A stretch of DNA of 58,184 nt, filler included, from Basidioascus undulatus (Eukaryota): NCBI GenBank assembly GCA_000826855.1. It is 8 parts of 8 records of this genome, joined end to end, with 100 filler letters (N's around TTAATTAATTAA, not from the genome) between each part and the next. Parts side by side here need not be neighbours in the genome. Positions count along the whole stretch, not along the records: positions 29,201 to 36,376 come from JTLS01001596.1; positions 36,477 to 43,652 come from JTLS01001597.1; positions 43,753 to 50,921 come from JTLS01001598.1; 5 more parts are not named here. The stretch is one strand, 5' to 3'. Shown here piece by piece: positions 35,195 to 47,026 of the stretch. The notes beneath the pieces are model-generated. The model was given only the letters and a program-made list of their open reading frames with translations. It ran no database searches and was not told the origin of the DNA. The position numbers and the translations under genes are program-made. Positions within the stretch are counted from its first letter, which is position 1; each line of letters opens with the position of its first letter.

Positions 35195-36376
35195 TCACCA
35201 GTTGTCGCCGCCGGCGGGCGCGAGAGGCGCCGGGGGCGGGGCGTCGCCGTACGGGTCTCCGCCCGTCGCGGCCTCGCCGCGCGGGGGCATGGGCGAGCGC
35301 TCGCGCTCGGGGAGGGGCGCGCGCGGCGGCGGCGAGCGCGAGTACGAGCGGCGGCGGCGGAAGGGGGAGGGTGAGCGGCGGCGAGGCTGGAGCAGCAGCA
35401 TCGGAATTCAGTCACTCATTGCAGGCAAGATGGAAGAAGAGGAGCAACGAAGAGAGATATGGAGGGAAATGGAGGGACGAACAGGAGAACGGTCGCGGCG
35501 GCGCCAGTCGTCATCGTACCGGTCGCGGCGGCGCCAGTCGTCGTCGTACCGGCTCGGGCCACGGAAACGGTCGCCGCCGCCGAAGCCGCGGCCTGTGGGA
35601 AGGTTGACCATGACAAATGAGCAAGTTGACCCCCTAACAAGCTGAAACGAATGAGAGGACGAACTGCCACCCCAGCGGTCATCGCGCCCGCCGCCGCGCC
35701 ACGAGTCGTACTCGGGGCCTGTGAGTCGGGGAAAAGCGAGAAATAAGTCGACATGTTGGGATGGTAGAAGTGAGGGACTCTAAACGCACGAGGGTTGCCC
35801 ATGTACTGGCCCGGGGTCGGGTCGTGCGGGCGCTGGGTAGCCGAGAAGTCGACGCGGATGCGACGGCCGTGGAGCTCCTGTAACGGGTGTCTAGGTTAGC
35901 AAGACAGGTTCGAGTGACATACCCTCTTCAAGAAGCGAGACGCACGATGCCGTTCAGCGCCTTGATGACCTTCTCGGCGTCCTCGATCGTCGCCATCTTG
36001 ATGAAGCCGAACCCGCGCGAGCGCTCGGACTGGTCGACACAACCATGTCGTCAGTAGGAGAAAGAGGGTGGAGAATGGAAGAGAAGAACGCACGCGCTGG
36101 TCGTACACGATCGTGACCTTGTCGACGACGCCGTAGCGGTTGAACTCGTCCTCGAGGTCGCGCTCGCGGGTCCTGATGCTGAGGCCAAACACGCCAACGA
36201 CGGGGTTGGGCTCCGCGGCCTGCTCCAACCCGCCCATCATTCCGTCAGTATGCCCATCTAATTCATCGTTTGCACAGCGCAAAGGAGACGGACCGGAGCA
36301 TGACGCGGGCGAGGGGGAGGGGGCGGCGTCCTGCTGCGCCCCCTGGGGGGCGGGCTGCCGCTGTAGTGCCTGCGGG
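35195..36376 (-). CDS. TRA2: Tra2-like RRM/RS splicing factor, 5'-truncated
   Basis: [19 protein letters not shown]..|[43 protein letters not shown] followed by an RD/RS-rich tail; TGA at 35195. Confidence 0.88.
35490..35551 (-). repeat. Coding 30-nt tandem duplication ([10 protein letters not shown] x2)
   Basis: cggtcgcggcggcgccagtcgtc(a/g)tcgtac occurs twice in tandem. Confidence 0.85.
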
Positions 36377-36476
36377 NNNNNNNNNNNNNNNNNNNNNNNN
36401 NNNNNNNNNNNNNNNNNNNNTTAATTAATTAANNNNNNNNNNNNNNNNNNNNNNNNNNNNNNNNNNNNNNNNNNNN
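36377..36476. other. Artificial contig spacer
   Basis: N-run/TTAATTAATTAA/N-run, 100 nt. Confidence 0.98.
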
Positions 36477-37445
36477 GCTGGGGGTGAGGAGATCGAGTGG
36501 GAGGGGAGGGAGAGCTCGTGAAGGACGCCGGAACGCGGTCGAGGAAGGCGTATCGATGGGGATGGAGGATGGGCGGGCCTCGCCCGGCGTACGATCCTCG
36601 TCGGCGCTCGCGCCGAACTCGGGCGGTGAGCTCAGACTGTCTCGCCGCGTCGGGAGCGTCCCGGATCCCGGAGGCGGGGCCCGCGGCGGGAAACTGAAGT
36701 CGCTTTGGAACAGGTTATCGCGACTAGACGCGCGAGCGAGGGGATCCGCGCGCTCGTAGATCGGACTGGACAGAGGACTGGTCGGATGGGGTCGCGGTCT
36801 CGACCGCAGGTTCTCCACGCCCAGCCCGCTCGCCGTGCCGTCCCCTGAGCCCCACAAGTGCATGACGGGCAAGCTGCCTCGCCGTGCGTACCCGCCATGC
36901 GCCTCCAGCAGCCCGCGCGCGAGAAGAGGATGCGGAAGCGCGTGATAACCCCATGCTTGGCTGTGTCCGGGCCGCGAGAAGAAGATTCGCGAAGGGGAGA
37001 GGGGGCCGGTTCGGTGCGGGAAGGAGCCGGAAGGGGGGACGCAGGCGGAGCTCGCCGAAGCGGACGAGTTGGCAGAGGAGGGGCGGGAAAGGGATGTTCC
37101 TCGCAGCCCTGATGAGCGGCGAGGGAGAGCGGCGGGATGGGGATAGGGGAAGGTTGATCTGGAGCGAGGCGAGCTGGACCCCGAGCCCTGGGGGACAACC
37201 GCGATGGACGCCCGCCTGCCCATCTCGATGCCCAGCTCCGCCCGCTGCTTGATGAGCGGCGGGCTGGACGCGAACAGACTGCTCGGCTCGGCGGCGTGCG
37301 CCGCTTGCGCGGGGAGCCCCGAGAGGGACCAGCCGTTTGACAAGCCGTCTGGGCCGGGCGAGCCCGAGCCCGAGCGTGGGTTCGAGGGAAACGTCGAGCT
37401 GGAGGGAGAGGAAACGGGCAGAGTGGGCAGAATAGCGGTTGCCAT
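36477..37445 (-). CDS. N-terminus of a Ser/Pro/Arg-rich protein with a probable 5'UTR intron; 3'-truncated
   Basis: Open from ATG 37445 (MATAILPTLP..) to the gap. An upstream intron gtgagt(37643)..tactgac..ctcag(~37465) is preceded by an in-frame stop, so it lies in the UTR. Confidence 0.65.
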
Positions 37446-38903
37446 GGGCGGGAATTCGTCGTCTGAGGGCGTCCCAAGAGCAGTCAGTACCAGGTAGATG
37501 GGAAATTGGGCTTGCAGGGATGGCCTCGCCGCTCCTCTCCTCCCTCCGCACAACAACTGGCAGCCGCCCACCCAAACCCTGCTCCAGAGTACTTCTCCGT
37601 GTCCACCCCAGTGCCTGCAGTCATCGTACTCCGCAAAACTCACAGAAAAAATCTGGCTCCAGCCTGTTGCAGCCTTAGCCGACGCGCTGTGCCAGCCGTC
37701 GGCGACCAGGAGCAGTAGCGGTAGCAGGAGGAGGTGGGTGTGGGATAGACGCTGACCGGTGGTCGCCGTGGTGGAATGATGGAAACGCAGGTGTATGGGC
37801 GGTGCAAGATCAGCAATGGTGCGGGCTGGTAGCCAAGAACGCGCTCCTGGTCGACCGGTAGGCTATGGCCTCAGGCTCGTCTGCTGGCTGAAGGGCGCGG
37901 GTTGGCCCCTGAACGGCAGTAGCGGCAATTTCACGGGGGACTTGCAGCGGCGGGGGGAATGGTGTTGGCGTGCTCGTCGTTGGCGATGGGGAGGACGACG
38001 GTGTCGATGGGCAGCAAAAGATGTGGTGTGTGCGCGAGGGGGGAAGGGGACGGCAGGGAAATCGCGAGGACAATGGACCAGGGGCAGGCGGCGGAGAAGA
38101 ACAAAGGTGCCCTCAATGAGGGAGGGCCGTGCGCTGACAGACAGACAGCTGGCACACACCCTTGGCCACGTTTTTTCCTCGTGGATCTCATTTTTTAGCC
38201 GATCACGAGGGGCTCCGCAAATTTGTAAGGGCAGCCGGGCAGACGACTTCCGACAGCTCATCCTCAACACGCAGCCATTTCAACACCAAGAGCTGTGACT
38301 TTCAACGACCTTACACGACTTGTGTGCGAGCCTGCTATTTTTATTGAGGCCCGGGTCCCGTATTGAACCCAACCACATCAAAGATTGAACTTCGACGAAG
38401 CCATCCATGCCGCCTCGATCGTCCCGCCTCAATGCCTTCCTCCATCCACAGTTTCACCTTCGACTCCGTCCGACCGACCACAAGCTGAGGCATCCCAACC
38501 GCCAGGATGATCACCCTGTTCGTTGATGACACCGGTGTAATTGTAACGGGCTGGCTAATTGCGGCCTCCGGACACGCTCTAGTAAGTGGCGTCGGTTTTT
38601 CCGGAACTCACCTCTTTTTCCACATTGCCGTCATCGGTCGTCGGTGGGGCATGGTCATGAACATCGTACTCTGCCTCAATCGAGCGGCATGTTATTTCAC
38701 CGTTGGGAGGACCACGGATGCTTTTGGGCAGTGGGTGTTGTTGGGATGAAGAGCGGTACAACCCGCAAGGCCCACCAAGGTCGTCCGGAGCTGGCCCGTA
38801 TCCATCAAACTCGCTTTTCCTTGATCATTCTGTCAGCAGCAAATGCAATGAGTATGCTTGAAGTCGATTCCCCCTGCATATTAAATAGTACATTGAGTTA
38901 TAA

Positions 38904-38989
38904 GGGCATATGGTGTAGTGGCTTATCACGCCTTCTTAGCATCTTCTTTCGCTTGGAGGAGGTCTCCGGTTCAATTCCGGATATGTCCA
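38904..38989 (+). tRNA. tRNA-Ala(AGC) with ~12-nt intron
   Basis: Acceptor GGGCATA/TATGTCC with G3:U70, anticodon stem CCTTC/GGAGG, loop TT-AGC-A plus intron, T-arm TCCGG-TTCAATT-CCGGA. T7 terminator at 38991-38997. Confidence 0.93.
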
Positions 38990-39486
38990 ATTTTTTTGTA
39001 CTTGTTTGCTTAGCCCACCCATCAACCATCGAACCGAGACAGCGAGGATGTCTAGCGAAACCAAGCAGCATTTTGTGCTAGACGAGGCAGTGGATGCTGC
39101 CGAATTCCCTGCCCCCGAAATTCACCGTGACTCTTGTTGCGTATCTAGGTCTTTGCAGCGATTACTGGACACCGCGATATGTATACCGGGTAGATTCGTA
39201 TGTATACGGAACAGGCCACAATCAATGAAGGAACCACATAGTGGCCGCGAATTGTGTGCTGCAAACCTCGCCCTCCTCCGAGGGCAGCTTGCATAAAACG
39301 GCCAGAGTGAGGCAATCGCCCTTTTCTGAATTGAAATCGCCCGCCAAGCAAGCGAACGACAATCATACCAGAGAACATTTGTCACAAATTCATCTGAAAC
39401 TGCTGGCCCCCAACCAATGCCGCCATTCTCGAGTTCACAGCGTGGACTCAAGCAGTTCCGCCGCTCCGTCGCGGTCCTACTTGGTC

Positions 39487-40366
39487 CTACTCTCCGTCCT
39501 CAGCCTGAGACCGTCCCCGCGCAGACGACGGCAGCTGCCGCCGAGCCCGACACAAATTTGTTGAATGTCTCTGAGGCGGACTCGAGTCCACTAATAAAAA
39601 GGGGTCCAAGTCCAGTCCGTACGGCGACGGAGCGGGTGCAAGCACAGGGGAGTCCGCCGTCGAAAAACGCTCAGCGTTCGATGGTTCGGGATCCGCCGAA
39701 GTCAAGAAAGTCGAGGGACTGTGACTTGTAGTCGATTGATTTTCGGGCTGGAAGAAGAGTCGGGTTCGCCGAGCACAACGGCTGAGATTCACCCAGGTTG
39801 GGCGAGGTACCGGGCGAAGAGAGATGGCGCGCTGAGGTCGAAGCTTCGAAGCGATCTCTTCCATAAAGCGTTCTCTCTTCAAATGTAACTAAACGCCGTA
39901 TCGCGGACGTGCAAGCAAGCCGCCTGTTCATCCTGCGAAGCCCTCACTGCAGTAGCGGCTCCATCGCCGCGCACGAGCCTGGCCGGGTTGGCGATGAGCG
40001 CGCGGGCCCGAAGGAGCTCCGGGACCGCTGCCAGAGCGCTGCTGCGGAACTCCTGGAAGCGCTCGAGGACGTTGTGCATGTCGAGCACGGTTGCGAACGA
40101 GACGAGCACTTTGACATCGCCCCCCCTGAAGTTTTTGGGTTTGTTGCGAAGGACATAGGCGCTGGCCCTGCAATTTATGTGATATGGATGTGCATAATCC
40201 CCCAAGTATGGGAAGAAACTCACACAGTGAACCCGGAATCCGCAAATTTCTCCATGAGACGCTCCAGCGACACAGAAGACGGGACGTTCGGGATGACGTG
40301 GGCCGACCCCCATGCCACATCCATCGAATCGTCGAATGAGCCATAGATGGCAGCAGACGAGGGCAT
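39487..40366 (-). CDS. Hypothetical protein with RRM-like N-terminus
   Basis: MPSSAAIY..HVIPNVPSSVSLERLMEKFADSGFTV|ASAYVLRNK..VKVLVSFATVLDMHNVLERF. Two GT-AG introns give an open frame; the 3' end is uncertain. Confidence 0.45.
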
Positions 40367-42143
40367 TCTGATAGAGCTTAAGCAGATGATAGGTAATGGT
40401 CGGATGGCGTTTCTGGAGGGTGTGGTGGGCGGTCAAGGACTTGGACATGCGCCCGACCTCCTGTCGTCCCGACAATCACTAGAGGTGTTTCACACGCCTG
40501 AATAAGGGGAGAACTGCCTGATCCGAAACAGCCGTCTCTTAGCAACGATTTGACATGTTCTATTGCTGTGAATGTCTTGCTTGGAGGTTATCTGGTATGC
40601 AAGCAAGATCAGTACTGCACAACCATAGCGGTATTCCGGCTGCTTTCCAAAGGAGAATGACTTTGATAAGCCTTGACGGGTTCAATCCCAATTCAATCAT
40701 GTAGTTTCAACGAGTTCTCCCTCTCCGTGGCGCTGATCTTCCCAACTGCGCAACTACAGTACGAGCAAGTCCAGGGCCCACGACGCCCAACTATGCGCAT
40801 CAGAACCTGAAAAAAACGTCCCTTCCACTCAAGGTGGAAGAGCTGATGGGCACCGTGGTGGTTGTGAGGATCGCTCAGTGACCCCTTGGCTGTGGCAAGC
40901 TGACTGGCAGCAGAGCACAGACTGCCGAGCGCGGCCGTTCGACGCCGTACCCCCATATTTCTGGTCTTGAATCTTGGGCAATGGGGAGCAAGGCCGGGTC
41001 GAACGGGAGGAAGAAGGGGGGGGTTGTCGGCAGAGGCGCAGCCTGCCTTTCAGGACGGCGGGAGCTGCGCTTCCAATAGCACGCGACAGCCGTGTGCTGT
41101 GTGAGAATATGGCAAGAATGAAGGAATGTAAAAGAGAAAGAACGCACTGAGTTCTCGCCTCGTCATCCGGCCGTCCTCCTCCACCCGCCTCAACCTCAGG
41201 ATCCTCACGGAGCCCTCCATTCACACCTCCTCCACCCTTACTCCCCACACGGTCTTCTGACCTGCGCCACAGTTCGGACGTCTCCGGAAGCGTGCCAAAG
41301 AGACTGGCGGACAAGGCTCCGTGATGGGCACAGGAGCGTGCTGAGGAGGAGCGAGGACGTCTCGAGGTGCGCTATTGTGCGGAATGGGTACTTGGCATGG
41401 GTATTAGCCCCGGCAGGAGGTCTGGTGTGCGAAGGGAAGAGAATAGACTGGATCTTATCCCCTCCTAGTACGAGGGAAGGATCGGTCTGCGCACACAATC
41501 GAGAAACGCAGCGACCGCGACTTCTCGGTGCAAGATCGCAGGACCACCGGCCCTGCCTGCAGCGCCCCCAGAGCCAATAATCCTCACTTCCGGAAACTCC
41601 TCCGCAAAAAAAATTGACCGTATCATTAAGCCGTACCTCCCTCCAGGAAACCCTCCTCCTCCTCCCTCAGCGTTTGCACCTGCCCACACCCCAAGTCAGC
41701 TGGAGGGAGTCTCGGCTGCACAGCGCGCTGCGCAGATCGATCAACGACTTGCCGAACGCTGTCGTGCAGGAGTGGTGTAGGAAAGCACGCGTGAAAGTGT
41801 GGTCTGTCATAAGGAGCGTGCAGAACGGCGGGTCGGGACGCTTAGCTGGGGGAGCTGAAGGGAAGGCTCAGGGAACATCAGTGGTTATGGACCGCAAAAG
41901 ATAAGAGAAGTCGAGAGAAGTCGTTGCGGGAGAGCAGGAGCGGCGAAAATAAATAATTAGTGTGTCAAGCACACGCACCGCGACCACGCATCGCCCCGAA
42001 AGTGCATCAGTTCATGAAAATAAGTTGTGCATGCGCCCTCGCACCCCAAACCACGCACCCCTCTCGTCCATCTCCTTCATCTCCTTCATATCATTCCTTG
42101 CCTCACCCCAATCACCTCTCACCCAGACCCTCACCCAAACCCA

Positions 42144-43652
42144 TCACTCCACGATCTTCCAATACACCCCCGACGCGGCGTGCCCACTACCCTCCCCCAC
42201 CTCAAAAAGATCAGTTCCCCATTCTCGCACAGTGGTATAGACGGAAGAACCAGGAAGGGCGAAAGAAGGGAAGGAACGCACGCGACAGCCGTCTCCTGCA
42301 CCCTAACATTGCTCCCCGCCCTCTTCCCCTCCAAATCCCTCACCTCCCTAACCGTCCCTCCGCGCAACTGGCACCGCGCATGGGGCATTGGGCTGGTCGT
42401 CCCGCTCCGCACCTTGGCCTCTGCCACCTGCCCACCGGGCGCAGCAGCGAGGAGGCCGAGAGCGGGGGGAGGCGGAGCGAGGGGCCCGATATGCTGTGGC
42501 GTAGAGAGGGAGGAGCGCTTCCCGTTCCCGAGCTCGGAGGACGAGTTGAGGCCGAAGACGAAGAGGTCTTTGCCGAATGCGTTGGACGGGGAGGGGGGGG
42601 AGAGGATGTCGGTGGAGAGGGTGAGGAGGACGTGTCCGGTTGGAGAGGCGGAGAGCGCGTGGAGAGGCAGGGGGACAAGGGACTTGGTTTGCTCGGAGTC
42701 TGGGGTCGACGTTTGTTCGTTAGTATAGGTGAGAGGCGGAAGAAGGGGAGGGAAGGCAGCGTACATTCCAGCAGCCCACTAACGCTCCTCACCCTAACCG
42801 GTGCGCCTTGCGCCTGGACGAACTGACCGTTCCCCATCGCGCCCCACTGCCCGTGGCCCGCAGCCCACAAATCCTCCCTCTCCCTGCGCGTCCGCCCGTC
42901 CACCGCGCGGACAGTGAAATACACGCTGTTCCCCCCCGCATGGATGCGCGTGACGCGCAGGGACGTGCCGGCGGGGTAGGACTTGGAGAGGAGGATCTCG
43001 GTGGGGATGGGGATGAGGGGCAATGTGGCGGTCGCGCCGAGCCCTAGCTGTCCTGTTTTTGGGTATGTGGAAGGTCAGGAAAGATAGGGGAAGGGAGAGA
43101 AGGGGGAAAACGGGAGACACACCGTACTCGTTTGCGCCCCACCCCAGGACGCGCCCGGCCGGAGTGAGCGCATAGCTTGCCCGCTCGCCCGCTGCGAGCT
43201 GCGCTAGCTCGACGCCCTTGAGGGAAGGGATCTCAAACAGCCTAGTGCACCATCTAATATCCTTCTCGCCCTCCCGCAGGCGGCGCTCCGCCTCGCTCTC
43301 CGCCGCCGCAGCGGGGCGCGCGCCGAGCGTCGTGCGCGCCAGGGGGTCCGCAATCGGAAGAGGCACCTCCCCGGGGGAGTCGAGCACAACCCGCTTGACA
43401 CCTAGTTGGCCTTGCGCGTTCGCGCGCGAGTTGATCGGGTGCGCGAACGCGCGCCCGGCGGACGTGAGCGCGAGGAGGTGCGACGAGCCGGAGGAGATGG
43501 AGGTGAAGCGCTCGTTGCGCGCGAGGGGCGTGTGCGGAGTGAGGACGTCGTAGTCGGATGTTGGCGGGGCGGGGGAAGTGAAGGGCAGCCAGGAGGAGGT
43601 GCGGGGGAGGCATAAATGCAGGGTGTGCTTGGGGCGCAGACATGGGACTACT
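42144..43652 (-). CDS. FMP25: RCC1-repeat protein, FMP25-like, 5'-truncated
   Basis: SISSGSSHLLALTSAGRAF..GQLG..LFEIPSLKG..LAAGERASYAL..GRVLGWGANEYG|QLGLG..AAGHGQWGAMGNG..VSGLLE|YSE..FGLNSSSELGNGKRS..VYWKIVE*. Confidence 0.8.
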
Positions 43653-43752
43653 NNNNNNNNNNNNNNNNNNNNNNNNNNNNNNNNNNNNNNNNNNNNTTAA
43701 TTAATTAANNNNNNNNNNNNNNNNNNNNNNNNNNNNNNNNNNNNNNNNNNNN
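43653..43752. other. Artificial contig spacer
   Basis: N-run/TTAATTAATTAA/N-run, 100 nt. Confidence 0.98.
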
Positions 43753-44081
43753 GTTTGAGAACGCCGAAATGACGTATGCGCACGTGCACGGTCGATCAGA
43801 CCCGGAAGCTTTAGTGAGGTCCAGTTTCAGAGCGACTCTTGCCTAAAGAAAACACCTTACTTGAATTGTATATACTGGTATGTAGCGTTTTTCGAGCGGC
43901 GGGGCTTTTGAGTTCTAAAGGTGCGTGCGCGTTGTGTCGCGAAAGTGTGATGATGAGCAGCACGCCCGGCGAGTTCGACCGCGTTCGGATGCACTCTCAT
44001 CAACAATAATCAAACTTTTAATTCATGTGTAATAATTAGGTAAAAATCTGTAGTCGCATATTGATCTCAATAATCGTCCCC

Positions 44082-45791
44082 CTAATTGCTCGCCGGCTCG
44101 TCGCTGAGCCATCGCAAGCTGCTCCCCGCCGGCTCGGAGTACACCTCGGTAACGGTGGTGATCTGCGTATCCCATCCACGATTAGTAACAGACTGACCCA
44201 TACAACCACGTCAAAATGCCTAACCTGGACGACGACCGGATAAGTCTTCCAGTCCCGCATGTACGTCTCGCGCCGCACTGTCGTGTCCGCCCTCGCCGCC
44301 TCCGCGATGCCCCATATGTCGCCGTCGCCGTGCCCATTGACAATAACGGCAGTGTAGTTCTTCCAAATTTCGTCCGGGTTTTGTAACACCTTCCGAGCCC
44401 CTGCGACTGGGTTGCCGCGCATGAAGTTGAGCATTCTGGGGTGGAACCTAGGGTTCAGCGGCGTGCATGCCAGGCGAGAAGAGGTCGGCTCACGATTCGT
44501 CTAGTAGTTCGTAGTGCGTATATTGACCATAATGATATGCAGCGGGTAGAACGAGAAGCGACGCGCTCTCAGATGGTAACGCAGCGGTGTTGGCCTGTGT
44601 GAACGGGCAGTCAGCACCACCATCTTCAGACTATCAAAGGTGTTGATCCCTTGAAATACCTCCGCAATCTCTAGCTTGATTGCCGGATCAAGCTCTGATT
44701 GACTGTTTCAGTTCACTGGCACTCCCCACAGCGGTGTCGAATAGCGCTCGGCTCACCGGAGTGAACAACAAGCGTCCGCACCCCCATCCGCTGCAGATCG
44801 TCCGGGGGGATGGCCGTCCGCCCCAATTGCAAGTCCAACCGTATCCTCGACCAAGCGACCCACTCTTCCTCATCCCTCTCGAACCTGGCAAAGCGCGCGA
44901 ATCTGTCAGAATATCAAACGCTGCCCCACAGGCAAGAAAAGACGCACCAAATCCGCTGCACCGTGTCCAACCACCACCGCGTCTCATCCGGACTGAGGTC
45001 CGGACCAAGCCCCGCAAGCACACTCCGCACGACGTGCTCTCGCCGGAAGTCGCCAGTCTTGTCGGCAACGGAAGCGGCGAAGAACGCCTCGGTCTGGGCG
45101 ATGCTCTGAGGGGACTGCTTGGGACGTAATCCATCTTGTGAGCAGAAAACGCAGCGCCCAGGGCTTGAAGAAATTACTTCTTCTGGCGTCCAGAGCGCCA
45201 TGAGGATCAGACTGGCTACAACGTCTGGGGAGCGCCATGCTACTCGCTGGAAAAGCGAGTTCGGTCATGCTGATCCTCCGGGTGGCGAGATTGACCACTT
45301 GAGAAAATATGCACCTGAGCAATAGCCGCGCCAAGACCATGTCCGAGAATATGGCACGGCGCGATTCCGAGAGCTCCAATCGTCTCGCATACCACCGCCG
45401 CGTGCCAATCCAGGTCGACCTCGTCTTCCCGGTCAGCGCGGGAAGAGCCTTCGAAACCCACGAGGTTGATCGCGTACTGTCAATGGAGAACAGTTTCACA
45501 CATGACAAGCTCAAGCCTATGCCTTGAAGCTGGGTTGTAAGGGACGTACGAGATTAACTTCGCCCGCGAGCGCCGCGTCGACAAACTGGCGGTCGTACAT
45601 GGCCGCATCCGTCCATGTCGAGCTGGCAGAGCAAAATCCCACTTCAACTCTTGTCCAAGTCATCTTCACCGAAAGAGCCTTCAGAATACGTACTGGATCA
45701 TAAACAGATTCGGTGCGTTATCCAGTGCTTCCCGTGCGCGCTGGGTGCGGACTTGCACCGCGATCCCGTCCGGGAGCTGGACAAGCGGCAT
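44082..45791 (-). CDS. Alpha/beta-hydrolase-fold protein with Gly at the nucleophile position (GHGLG); ~10 exons
   Basis: Spliced: MPLVQLPDG..PNLFMIH|STWTDAAMYDRQF..NL|YAINLVGFEGS..CHILGHGLGAAIAQ|RVAWRSPDVVASLILMA..RTLVVHS|ELDPAI..LPAAYHYGQYTHYE..; all GT-AG and in frame to TAG at 44082-44084. Confidence 0.8.
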
Positions 45792-47026
45792 AGCTTCGTG
45801 TTGATTAGGGTTGTACTGTGGGAGTGTCCAACGCGGAGAGGGTTGTTCGATCTGGAAGTGGTAGAAAGGATCGGATGGGTGTTCAGGAGGAAGAGGCTGA
45901 ACAGCGGCCTGCTACGCAGAGTGGCAAGGGAGACTTGTGAAATCCCTCGCTCACTAATTGAGCGTCGCGTGCGTCCGTGCACTCGACGAGGGTACTTTGC
46001 AATACGTAGGAGATGCACTTTGCAATAATCCGGCTCCATTTTATTAAAGATAGCGTACTTCGGGGTGCCCACTAGCCGGCAATCACAAAGTAGCTCCCGG
46101 CGGATTGATCGGCGATGAGGGCGCTCTGGCAGTTGGCGCCAGTTGGCGAGCAGTTCTCTCCGTCGCCCTTTTGCCTTGCCCCGTCCTCATACGAGATGGT
46201 CTCGAATCAGTAGATTTGGGGCTGATAAAATGAAGAAATTCCTGATGGACTGGGAGAGTATTCAGACCGAAGAAGGCCTGAAAAAGTTCCCGGAGGCCAC
46301 AGGGAGCTGTCAGGCTTGGTGACATAGGCCCGCTAAAAAGCCGTAAATTGAGCTCGCGTAGGTGGAGGACTGCAATGTGAATTGGAGGAGAAGGAGACGG
46401 TGTGCCGGCAGAGGACCTCTGTACCCGCCCGAGACCACGCACTTTGGGTCCTTCTGTTATCGCTTTGACTCATCTTCTTTCCAGACTCCTTGATATCCTT
46501 TTGGTTTATGATGCCCTTCTGCTGGCCATCATAGTGCTTGAGGGACAGAACTGGCCAGACGACAGCTTCTCACCTCTCCTCGTCTCATCATCCCCGTCCC
46601 TTTCTTCCCGTTCCGTAACCTTATACTACGAAACCATTTCCAAACTCTGTGACCAGGCGCCGCAATCGACGTGCAGCGGACGTACACTGAGATCGAAGTA
46701 CTCTAACCCTGGCTCAAAAGTCGCTTACCCTGCCGGGCCTGCGCCTGCAATACTGCCCTCGATGAAACAGGGTGCCTGGCAGCCTCGAAAGCGGGTGCCT
46801 GACTCTTCCACCGACGTCGGTGCCAGGTACAAGGCGTGCAACCTTCTCTTATTACCTCTGACTGGCACGCAGCGGCTTCTTTCTTCCATAGGCTCGGGAG
46901 CTGCAGTGTACGGTTACTTCAGACTATGCATTCCTGCTGCGCTGCGAGTGATCGGTACATTCTCCCTTGCAGTCATATAAGCCATGAAAAATCTCTCTTT
47001 TCTGTACCCACCCTTGCTCGCTCGCC

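Noticed and set aside
44082..45791. Hydrolase pseudogene, suggested by fragmented ORFs
   Set aside because: Every break is explained by a GT-AG intron that keeps frame.
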